Shown here: in pieces, positions 49,941 through 58,689 of the stretch | Layout: every line of letters begins with the position of its first letter | Position numbering within the stretch: position 1 is the stretch's first letter | DNA from: an uncultured Microthrixaceae bacterium | GTDB taxonomy: Bacteria; Actinomycetota; Acidimicrobiia; Acidimicrobiales; DATDAH01 | Length of the DNA: 64,000 nucleotides | Direction: 5' to 3' | NCBI GenBank assembly: GCA_963701565.1 | Contig: CAVPAN010000005.1 | Location: 409,672-473,671 of the forward strand | The notes under the pieces: model-generated | Databases searched by the model: none | What the model was told of the DNA's origin: nothing | What the model saw: only the letters and a program-made list of their open reading frames with translations | Translations under genes and position numbers: made by a program

Positions 49941-50674
49941 GCGACGCCACCCGGGCCGAGATCTGCTGCATCGCGGTGGCCGAGTGCTTTCGCGGCGACG
50001 GCGAGATCCTGGCCAACCCCATCGGCAACATCCCCATGATCGGCGGACGCCTGGCCCGGGCCACCTTCGAGCCCGAACTGGTCATGACCGACGGGTTCGC
50101 CATGCTCGCCGCCGGCGTCCACGCCCTGGGCACCGAGGGTGACCCTCAACTGGAGGTCGAGGGTTGGAACCCGTACCGGACCATGTTCGACGTGGTCTGG
50201 GGCGGCAAGCGCCACGTGATGATGGGCGCCACGCAGGTCGACCAGTACGGGAACCAGAACATCGCCGCCCTGGGTGACCCGTTCCAGCCCAAGGTCCAGC
50301 TCCTGGGCTTCCGGGGCGCGCCGGGCAACACGGTCTGCAACCCGACCAGCTACTTCGTGCCCAACCACTCGCCCAAGGTCTTCGTGCCACGGGTCGACCT
50401 GGTGACCGGCGTGGGCTGGGACCGGGGGTGCCTGGAGATCCGCCGGGTGGTGTCCGACCTGGGCGTGTTCGACTTCGACACCGACGACCACCGCATGCGC
50501 CTGCGCTCGGTGCACCCCGGCGCGACCGTCGAGGAGGTCCAGGAGGCCACCGGCTTCGAGCTGGTCATCGACGACGACCTGGACGAGACCCGGATGCCCA
50601 CCGACGAGGAGCTGGCGCTGATCCGCGACGTGCTCGACCCCCAGGGCCTCCGGGAGGCCGAGGTCCGGTCCTGA
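49925..50674 (+). CDS. ipdB: CoA-transferase-fold subunit B (IpdB-like)
   Basis: 249 aa. Contains MMGATQVDQYGNQNIA and GFRGAPGN. 16-nt overlap with subunit A. Confidence 0.8.
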   Translation: MDQLVSDATRAEICCIAVAECFRGDGEILANPIGNIPMIGGRLARATFEPELVMTDGFAMLAAGVHALGTEGDPQLEVEGWNPYRTMFDVVWGGKRHVMMGATQVDQYGNQNIAALGDPFQPKVQLLGFRGAPGNTVCNPTSYFVPNHSPKVFVPRVDLVTGVGWDRGCLEIRRVVSDLGVFDFDTDDHRMRLRSVHPGATVEEVQEATGFELVIDDDLDETRMPTDEELALIRDVLDPQGLREAEVRS

Positions 50675-51738
50675 GCCTCCCACCCTGCGCTCCACACCGC
50701 GCTGTGTGACCTGGTCGGGGTCCGCTACCCGATCGTCCAGACCGGCATGGGCTGGGTCGCCGGCCCCCGCCTGGTGTCGGCCACGGCCAACGCCGGCGGG
50801 CCTCGGCATACTCGCCGCGGCCACGATGGACTACGCCCAGCTCTCGTCGGCCATCGACGAGGTCAAGGCGGCCACCGACGCCCCCTTCGGCGTCAACCTG
50901 CGGGCCGACGCCCCCGACGCCGCCCGCCGCATCGACCTGCTGATCGACAAGGGCGTGAAGGTCGGCTCCTTCGCCCTGGCCCCAAACCAGGATCTGATCG
51001 CCAAGCTCAAGGACGCCGGCGTCGTGGTCGTCCCGTCCATCGGGGCCAAGCGCCACGCCGAGAAGGTGGCCGAGTGGGGGGTGGACGCCGTGCTCGTCCA
51101 GGGCGGCGAGGGCGGGGGCCACACCGGGGCGGTGCCCACCAGCCTGCTCCTGCCCCAGGTGGTCGACGCCGTGGACATCCCGGTCATCGCCGCCGGCGGC
51201 TACTTCGACGGCCGGGGCCTGGTCGCCGCGCTGGCCTACGGGGCGGCGGGCATCGCCATGGGCACCCGCTTCCTGATGACCGCCGACGCCCCGGTGCCCG
51301 ACGCGGTCAAGGACGTGTACCTGAGCAAGGACGTCAACGGGACGATCCGGACCACCCAGGTCGACGGCGTGCCCCACCGGGTCCTGCGCACCGAGCTCAC
51401 CGAGCAGTTGGACGCCGGTAGCCCGCTGACCAGCCTGCCACGGGCCGTCCGCAACGGCCTGGCCTTCAAGAAGATCTCCGGCATCAGCTTCGCCGACCTG
51501 TTCAAGGAGGGTCGGGCCATGCGCAAGCGCCAGGAGCTGACGCTGGAGCCAGGTCGTCATGGCCGCCAACACGCCGATGCTGCTGAAGGCGGCGATGGTC
51601 GACGGCCGGCCCGACCTCGGCGTGATGTCCGGCGGCCAGGTGGTCGGCGTGATCGACGACCTGCCCACCGTCGAGGAGCTGATCGAGCGCATCATGGCCG
51701 ACGCCGACGCCGTCCTGACCCGGCTGACCTCGGGCTAG
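50675..51738 (+). pseudogene. nitronate monooxygenase/enoyl-reductase-like flavoprotein (IpdC-like by position), 2 frameshifts, start codon unresolved
   Basis: LHTALCDLVGVRYPIVQTGMGWVAGPRLVSATANAGG is in the ipdB frame directly after its TGA. LGILAAATMDY...VQGGEGGGHTG...IAAGG...GTRFL is in the frame of ORF 50706... The tail WSQVVMAANTPMLLKAAMVDGRPDLGVMSGGQVVGVIDDL...LTSG* ends at TAG 51738. Breaks are near 50797 and 51548. Confidence 0.75.
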
Positions 51739-51803
51739 CGCGGGCAGGTCGTCCAGCGCCCGCCGGCCGTGGCGGAACGCCTTGCGCCGACCGCCCCCAC
51801 CCC

Positions 51804-51919
51804 GTTCTGGTTGCTCTCCTCTGTCGTCGGAGATCAAGGGGGCGTCAACCAGAACAGACGGGAGCTGGTTCTGGTTGCTCGTCGGCTGTCGCGGAGAACA
51901 AGGGAGCGTCAACCGGAAC
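51804..51919. repeat. two tandem 52-nt hairpin-capable units (period 64 bp)
   Basis: Unit 1 (51804-51855) is GTTCTGGTTGCTC..GGAGATCAAGGGGGCGTCAACCAGAAC. Unit 2 (51868-51919) is GTTCTGGTTGCTC..GGAGAACAAGGGAGCGTCAACCGGAAC. In each unit the first 10 nt are complementary to the last 10 nt. Confidence 0.7.
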
Positions 51920-51958
51920 GGGACTGCGGCGGGAGAGGGGTGGCTAGGGTCGCCGGAC

Positions 51959-54424
51959 GTGGCGCAGGAGAGCGATCGGGAGCCGGGGCTGATCGCCCTG
52001 GCCCGTCAGGGCATCCACCTGGTGGGCTGGAAGGGCGCCCTGCAGACCGCCACCTACGGCCTGCGCAAGGCCCGCCTGGACCGGCGCTACCTGCGCAACC
52101 GCCCGATCGGCCCCGAGGTCCGGCCCGGACCGACGGGGCGAGGTCGTGGTGCACCGACGACATCGCCCGTATCCCGTTCGGCGAGATGGAGCTGGAGGTG
52201 GCCTTCGTCGACGAGGTGTTGTGCCGGCTCACCTGGACGCCCGGTCGCCTGCCCGTTCGGGCGGCGGTCGACGCGCCCCGCCCGCCCCCGAAGCCCTTCG
52301 ACCTCGAGGAGGACGACGGCCGGCGTCGTCATGACGATGCGGACTGCTCCGCGTCGTGGTCGACTCCGACGGGTCGGTCGAGGTCTCCTGCTGACGCACG
52401 GCGACGACTACGCGGTCGTCCGGCGGGAGCGGCCGCCGGTGCGGGTGGGGGAGCGGTGGACCGCCACCGTCGAGCTGGAGCCCGATGACCAGGTCCACGG
52501 CCTAGGGGAGCGGGCCGCTCCGTTCAATCTCCGGCCCGGCACCTACGGGCTGTGGAACACCGAGCAGTCGGGCAGCTACGGCCCCGAGGCGGATCCGCTC
52601 TACATCACGATCCCCGTCCACCTCGTCGTGGCCCCGGGCCGGGCGCACCTGGGGTTCTGGGAGAACACCCACCGGGGCGAGGTCGTCATCGGCGACCAGC
52701 TCACCGCCACCTTCGAGGGCGGGGCCTTGCGCACGTACGTCTCCGCCGGGAGCCCGGCCGCGACGGCCCTCGAGCGGTACCGGCCACCTCACGGGCAACG
52801 CTCGGAGCTCCCGCCCCGCTGGGCGCTCGGGTACCACCAGTGCCGCTGGGGCTACCAGACCGAGGCGCGACATCCGGGAGGTGCTGGCCGGGTTCCGGGA
52901 GCACGACCTGCCGCTGTCGGCCATCCACTTCGACATCGACTACATGGACCGCTACCGGGTCTTCACGGTGAACGAGGAGGCCTTCCCCGACCTCGAGCGG
53001 GCTGCTGGCCGATCTCGAGGCGGCGGGCGTCAAGGGGGTCACGATCATCGATCCCGGGGTGGCCAAGGCCGAGGACTTCCCGCTCTACCGGGAGGGCCAC
53101 GACGAAGGGGCACTTCCTGACTCTGGCCGATGGCACCGAGGTCAACGCCATGGTCTGGCCGGGGATGGTGGGCTTCCCGGACTTCAGCGATCCCGCCGTG
53201 CGCCAGTGGTGGGGTGACCAGTACCCGAAGCTGCTCGACCAGGGCGTGGCCGGCATCTGGCACGACATGTGCGAGCCCGCGGTGTTCGCCGCCGGCGTCG
53301 ACGCCTCGCTCCCGCTGGAGACCCGTCACGACCTCGAGGGCCGGGGCGGCGACCACGTGGAGGGCCGCAACCTCTACGGCCTCGGCATGGCCCAGGCCGG
53401 CCACGAGGCGCTGCGGCGGCATCGCCCGGACCGGCGCCCGTGGCTGCTGACCCGCTCGGGCTGGGCCGGCGTCCAGCGCTACGCCTGGACCTGGACCGGT
53501 GACGTGGCCACCTCGTGGACGATGCTGCACCGGACCCTCTGCACCACACTCAACCTGACGCTGTCGGGCGTGCCCTACACCGGCCCGACATCGGCGGCTT
53601 CTCCGGCGACCCGTCACCGGAGCTCTACACCCGTTGGTTCCAGATGTCGGCGTGGCTGCCCTTCTTCCGGTCCCACTCGATCGACACCCAGCCCTCCCGC
53701 GAGCCCTGGAAGGCCGCCGGCCCCCACCTCGATGCGATCCGCGAGGCCATGGCCTGGCGCTACCGCCTGCTCCCGTACCTCTACACGCAGGCGGCTCAGG
53801 TCAGTGCCGGCGTGGAGGGTCTGATCCTTCCCGTGTGGTGGCCGACTGACGGCGAGGCGGTCACCGACGCCGACCTCCTGGCGGTCGACGACGAATTCCT
53901 GTGTCGGTCCCGACGTGCTGGTGGCCCCGGTCTTCGCGGCCGGGGCCGCCGAGCGGGAGGTCCGATTACCACCGGGCACCTGGTTCGACCTCGACGGCGA
54001 CGAGCGGCACGAGGGCGAATTCGCCGTACCGGTGACCATCGACCGCATCCCCGTGTTCGTCCGGGCCGGGTCGGTCCTCCCCGCTGAGGAGAACGGGGGT
54101 GACGTCCTCCACCTCTACCCACCGGATGGCGGGCGCGCCGGGGAACGAACCCCGGGGAGCTGGTACCGGGATGCGGGAGACGGGTACGGCCCGTCGCGGC
54201 ACGACCACTTCGAGGTGCGGGGCGACGACTCGGCCTGGAGCGTGCGACGCACGCGGGACCCCGACCTCGAGGCCTACGCCGTCGATGACACGGACCTGGC
54301 CGTCGTGCTCCGCGGGGGCTCGTGGACCGTGGCGGTCGACGGGGACGAGCCCCGGGCCGTCGAGCCGGGTCAGTCGCTGCGGGTCGGGGACTTCGCCGAG
54401 CTCGTCGTCCGACGACCGGCCTGA
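51959..54424 (+). pseudogene. GH31 alpha-glucosidase-family glycoside hydrolase, at least 7 frame changes
   Basis: Pieces lie in all three frames. They include IPFGEMELEVAFVDEVLCRLTWTPG, HGLGERAAPFNLRPGTYGLWNTEQ..DPLYITIPV, PPRWALGYHQCRWGY and VAGIWHDMCEP. Also present are RPWLLTRSGWAGVQRYAWTWTGDVATSW, WFQMSAWLPFFRSHS and the C-terminal part MLVAPVF...VFVRAGSVLP ending at 54424. The 5' limit is uncertain. Confidence 0.75.
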
Positions 54425-54553
54425 GGCCGCCGCCGGACGACGAAGCGCCGGTCGGAGGGCCGGCCCTCGATCACCTCGAGCACCAGCCGGTACCGGCGCC
54501 CGCTGGTCGTGCGTCCCTTTCCCGGGAACCCCCTGCTCGCTCCCACATCCGAG

Positions 54554-54582
54554 AAACTACTACCTAGTGAATACTAGGTCAA
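54554..54582 (-). promoter_or_regulatory. orphan promoter-like element with internal palindrome
   Basis: Minus strand reads TTGACC (54582-54577), a 17-nt spacer containing ACCTAGT-gaat-ACTAGGT, then TAGTTT (54559-54554). Five nt further on there is an ATG (54548) opening a 25-codon ORF. Confidence 0.35.
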
Positions 54583-54602
54583 CGGGTTCGGAAGGCTGGC
54601 CC

Positions 54603-56213
54603 TCACGCCTCCCGCGGGGTGGGGTCGCCGGCGTCGACCTGCCAGGTGGCCGCGGTGCTGATGGCGCTGCGGGGGTCCTCTACGTCGTCGAGGACCCGGA
54701 AGGCGGCGGTCAGGCGATCGGGCCCGGCGGTGACGGTCAGGTAACCGTGGGCGTTGATCTGTTGGCGCAACTGGGGTGTGCGGGCCGAGACACTCTCGTC
54801 GAAGAGCGGTGAGCTGATCGGTGGGGCCATGAACTCGGGTGCGACGAGGGCGGCGCCGGGCTCGAAGGGGCGGTCGTTCACATCGAGGACCATGCCGGCG
54901 TGGTAGTCGCCGGTGAGGACGACGGGGTTGCCGGTCTCGGCCATCGCGGCGATGACGCGCCGCTGGGCGGCGGGGTACCCGTCCCAGGTGTCCAGGTAGA
55001 ACAAGGACCGGTCGTCGGTCCCGGCGTCGATCCCGGCCAGGACCACCGGGTTGCCGATGAGGTCCCAGGTCACGCCTCCCTGGCCGATGGTCTCGGCGAA
55101 CCAGGCCTCCTGGTCGGCACCCAGGCGGGTGCGATCCTGGGTGGTGCGCTCGGCACAGTCGCCGAAGTCCGACGACACCTCGCCCCGGCAGGGCGCGACG
55201 TCGCTGAACTGCCGCTCGTCGAGCACGGTGAGGCGAGCCAGGTCGCCGAAGGTCAGCGCCTGGTGGATGTCCAGCTCCGGGCCGTCCGGGGGCGGGTTGC
55301 GCAGGGGCAGGTTCTCCCACCAGGCCTGGTAGGCGGCGGCCCGTCGGTCGGGGAACTGCTCGGGCGGAAAGGTGTTCTCGGGCACGGTCTCGCCGAGGTA
55401 GTTGTTGGAGACGTCATGGTCGTCCCACATGCACACGAACGGAAAGCGCTGGTGGGCGGACTGGAGGTCGGCGTCGGTCTTGTAGCACGCGTAGCGCAGG
55501 CGGTACTCGGCCAGGGTCGTGGTCTCGAAGGACGGCACCGAGGCCCGGACCTGTCCAGGCACGTAGAACTCATAGAGGTAGTCACCGAGGTGCAGGACGA
55601 GGTCCACGTCCTCTTCGGCCATGTGCCGGTAGGCGCTGTAGTAGCCGTACTCGTACCACTGGCAGTTGGCCACGGCGAGGGAGAGGCGGCTGACCGGCTC
55701 GCCTGTCGCGGGCAGGGTCCGGGTGCGGCCCACCGGGCTGGTGAACTCACCCACCGTGAACCGGTAGTGGTAGTCGGTCGCGGGATCGAGGCCGTCGGCG
55801 TCGACATGGGCGCTGTGGCCGTACTGCGGGTCGGTCGTAGCGACACCCTCGTCGACGATCGCGGTGAAGCGGTCGTCGGTGGCGATCTGCCAGCGCACGT
55901 CGACCAGGTCTCCGGGCATGCCCCCGCCCCCGTCCGGCGCCAGTGGCTCGGGGGCCAGGCGGGTCCAGAGGATCACCGAGTCCGAGGCAGGGTCACCGGA
56001 GGCCACGCCGAGCGTGAACGGATCCGACGACAGCCGGGCCGTGTGCCGCGTCGTGCCGGGTGACGAACCCGTGGTCGTCGATGCCGATCCGCCGTCGTCC
56101 CCCGAGCAGGCCGTGGCCAGCAGCAGCGCCCCCGACCCGACCAGGAACCCCCGCCGCCCGATGGCCGTCGGCGCGCCGCATCCCGCTTCGGTCCCTGTTC
56201 TCCCTCCGTTCAT
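54603..56213 (-). CDS. phoD: alkaline phosphatase D, Tat-exported lipoprotein
   Basis: Start set at ATG 56213 (MNGGRTGTEAGCGAPTAIGRRGFLVGSGALLLATAC). The ORF opens at GTG 56261. Has a twin-arginine motif plus lipobox. Contains FTLGVASGDP and LHLGDYLYE metallophosphatase motifs. Confidence 0.88.
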   Translation of the reverse strand: MNGGRTGTEAGCGAPTAIGRRGFLVGSGALLLATACSGDDGGSASTTTGSSPGTTRHTARLSSDPFTLGVASGDPASDSVILWTRLAPEPLAPDGGGGMPGDLVDVRWQIATDDRFTAIVDEGVATTDPQYGHSAHVDADGLDPATDYHYRFTVGEFTSPVGRTRTLPATGEPVSRLSLAVANCQWYEYGYYSAYRHMAEEDVDLVLHLGDYLYEFYVPGQVRASVPSFETTTLAEYRLRYACYKTDADLQSAHQRFPFVCMWDDHDVSNNYLGETVPENTFPPEQFPDRRAAAYQAWWENLPLRNPPPDGPELDIHQALTFGDLARLTVLDERQFSDVAPCRGEVSSDFGDCAERTTQDRTRLGADQEAWFAETIGQGGVTWDLIGNPVVLAGIDAGTDDRSLFYLDTWDGYPAAQRRVIAAMAETGNPVVLTGDYHAGMVLDVNDRPFEPGAALVAPEFMAPPISSPLFDESVSARTPQLRQQINAHGYLTVTAGPDRLTAAFRVLDDVEDPRSAISTAATWQVDAGDPTPREA

Positions 56214-56300
56214 CTGGGGAGTCTCGCGCTCGCCCCTGGCGGCGGTGCCTGAGTCGGGCACCGGGTGGGCGAAGATCGGCCTGTGGGATCGAGCGAGCCG

Positions 56301-57483
56301 ATGGGCAAGGCCCTCCGGGGTGCGCTGCTCCCTGTCGCGTCAGGTGTGCTCCCCACCTTTCTGGTCGGTGCTCTGGCCGTGCAGATCCGGGGGGATCTGG
56401 ACTTTGCCGAATCCGGCCTCGGACTGCTGAGCGCCGTCTTCTTCCTGGGGGCGTCGGTCTCCTCGGTCGGTCTGGGCCGCGTCTCGGAGCGGGTGGGGGC
56501 GGTCCTGGCCCTCCGGATCGGGGCCTTGAGTACGGCGGCGATCCTCCTGGCCGTGGCTGTCCTGGGTCGCAGCTATGTCGTGCTCCTCGTGCTGCTGGCC
56601 ATGGCGGGGGTGGCCAACGCCCTGATCCAGCCCGCCGCCAACCTCTACCTGGCCCGGGCGATACCCGTGGCTCGTCTCGGGTTCGCCTTCGGGGTGAAGC
56701 AGTCGGCCATCCCCGCGGGGATCCTGCTCGGGGGCCTCGCCGTGCCCGCCATCGGACTCACCGTGGGTTGGCGCTGGGCCTTTGTTGCGGCGGCGGTGTT
56801 CGCTGTCGCGGCCGCCTTGGCCCTGCCTGCGGCCCAGCCGCGGGCCGCCCCGCTGGAGGTCCCCGACCCGTTGGCGCCGACGACTGACGCCCCGCGATCG
56901 ATCACCGTGGCCTTCGCCGTCGGGGTCGCCTTCGCCTCGGCCGCGGCCGGGCGTCCTCGGTGCCTTCCTGGTGAGCTCGGGCGTCGAGGCGGGACTGACC
57001 GAGAGCGCCGCCGGCCTACTGTCCTCCTCGGCTGCGGCGGCGAGCATCGGGGTCCGCCTGCTGCTCGGTGTCCGCGCCGACCGGACGGGTGGCCGGCACC
57101 TGGTCACGGTGGCTTCGATGCTCGTGCTGGGTTCGGGCGCCTTCGTCCTCCTGGCGGCCGGGCCGGTGGGGCTGTTCGTCCTCGGGGCCCCGCTGGCCTT
57201 CGCCCTCTCCTGGGCCTGGCCGGGGCTGTTCAACCTGGCCATGGTGCGGCACCACCCGGAGGCCCCGGCCGCGGCGACGGGCATCACCCAGACCGGGGTC
57301 TACGTCGGGGCCGTCCTCGGTCCGCTCGTCTTCGGCGTGGTCGCCGAGGGCGGCTACGGCGGCGCCTGGATCATGGCCGGAGCGTGGTCGGTCACGGCCG
57401 GTGTGCTCATCGGCGCGGCCCGCGCCCTCCTCGTCCGCCACCGCGCCGAGCAGCCCCCCGACGGGGTTACAGGCGCTCGATGA
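56301..57483 (+). pseudogene. MFS transporter, one frameshift
   Basis: First six TM segments are in ORF 56265..57533 (start probably ATG 56301, MGKALRG). The second half, VLGAFLVSSGVEAGL...VRADRTGGRHL..., is in ORF 56782..57483. The break is near 56945. Confidence 0.75.
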
Positions 57484-58624
57484 TGGTGACGTTGGCCTGG
57501 CCGCCGCCCTCGCACATGGTCTGGAGGCCGTAGCGGCCGCCGGTGCGCTCCAGCTCGTGGAGGAGGGTGGTCATCAGCCGGGCACCGGTGGCACCGAGGG
57601 GGTGGCCGAGGGCGATGGCACCGCCGTTGACGTTGACCTTGTCGAGGTCGGCGCCGGTCTCCTTCTGCCAGGCCAGCACGACCGAGGCGAAGGCCTCGTT
57701 GATCTCGACCAGGTCGATCTCGTCGAGGGTCATGCCCGCCTTGTCCAGGGCGTACTCAGTGGCGGGGATGGGCGCGGTCAGCATCCAGACGGGGTCGGCG
57801 CCCCGCACGGAGAGGTGGTGGATGCGGGCCCGGGGGGTCAGGCCGTGGTCCTTCACCGCCTGCTCGGAGGCGATGAGCAGGGCGGCGGAGTTGTCCGAGA
57901 TCTGCGAGGAGACCGCCGCGGTCAGGCGTCCGCCCTCGACGAGGGTGCGGAGGGTCGCCATCTTCTCCAGGGTCGACTCGCGGCGGGGACCTTCGTCGTC
58001 CTTCACGCCCTCCAGCGGCTCGATCTCGGCTTGGAAGCGGCCCTCGTCGATGGCCCGGATGGCCCGCTGGTGGCTCTCGAAGGCGAAGGCCTCCATGTCC
58101 TCCCGGGAGATGTCCCACTTCTCGGCGATCATCTCCGCGGCCCGGAACTGGCTGACCTCCTGGTCGCCGTAGCGGGCCTGCCACCCCTTGGAGCCCCGGA
58201 ACGGGTCCGGGTCGGTGACGCCCACGTGTTCGGCCACGAGCATCGCCGAGCTGATCGGGATGAGGCTCATGTTCTGAACGCCTCCGGCCACGACCAGGTC
58301 GGTGGTGCCGCTCATGACGGCCTGGGCGGCGAAGTGCACGGCCTGCTGGGACGAGCCGCACTGGCGGTCGACAGTGGTGCCCGGGACCTCCTCGGGGAGG
58401 CCGGCGGCCAGCCAGGCGGTGCGGGCGATGTCACCGGCCTGGGGGCCGATGGTGTCGACGCAGCCGAACACGACGTCCTCGACGGCGGACGGGTCGACCC
58501 CGGTCCGGTCCATGAGGGCGTTGAGCGAGTGGGCGCCGAGGTCGGCGGGGTGGACGTGGGCCAGGCCCCCGCCCCGGCGCCCGACGGGCGCCCGGACCGC
58601 ATCGACGATGTAGGCCTCAGCCAT
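57467..58624 (-). CDS. acetyl-CoA C-acyltransferase (thiolase)
   Basis: 385 aa, intact. Contains VDRQCGSSQQA, NEAFASV, GGAIALGHPLGATG and CEGGGQA. Confidence 0.92.
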   Translation of the reverse strand: MAEAYIVDAVRAPVGRRGGGLAHVHPADLGAHSLNALMDRTGVDPSAVEDVVFGCVDTIGPQAGDIARTAWLAAGLPEEVPGTTVDRQCGSSQQAVHFAAQAVMSGTTDLVVAGGVQNMSLIPISSAMLVAEHVGVTDPDPFRGSKGWQARYGDQEVSQFRAAEMIAEKWDISREDMEAFAFESHQRAIRAIDEGRFQAEIEPLEGVKDDEGPRRESTLEKMATLRTLVEGGRLTAAVSSQISDNSAALLIASEQAVKDHGLTPRARIHHLSVRGADPVWMLTAPIPATEYALDKAGMTLDEIDLVEINEAFASVVLAWQKETGADLDKVNVNGGAIALGHPLGATGARLMTTLLHELERTGGRYGLQTMCEGGGQANVTIIERL

Positions 58625-58644
58625 GTGCTTGTCCTTCTCTCGTC

Positions 58645-58683
58645 GGAGGCAATGACCCCCGGAAACCGAGGGTCATTTCCTCC
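58645..58683 (-). promoter_or_regulatory. intercistronic 14-bp-stem hairpin
   Basis: GGAGGCAATGACCC (58645-58658) pairs with GGGTCATTTCCTCC (58670-58683), one mismatch, 11-nt loop. It lies between the stop of the thiolase-like gene (58690) and the RBS/ATG of the thiolase (58624). Confidence 0.45.
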
Positions 58684-58689
58684 ATGGAT

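Noticed and set aside
50672-50674. TGA at the end of ipdB as selenocysteine or read-through fusing IpdB to the downstream flavoprotein.
   Set aside because: There is no SECIS-like hairpin immediately downstream. In the known systems I recall, the two proteins are separate. The region demonstrably contains indels, so a hidden start codon is more likely. It is kept as a low-interest finding only.
51804-51919. Possible mini-CRISPR: a 28-nt repeat with a 36-nt spacer, period 64 bp.
   Set aside because: There are only two copies. The would-be spacers are themselves homologous (both start GTTCTGGTTGCTC). The repeats differ at 3 positions, and no cas genes are present. It is a tandem duplication of a hairpin unit, not an array.
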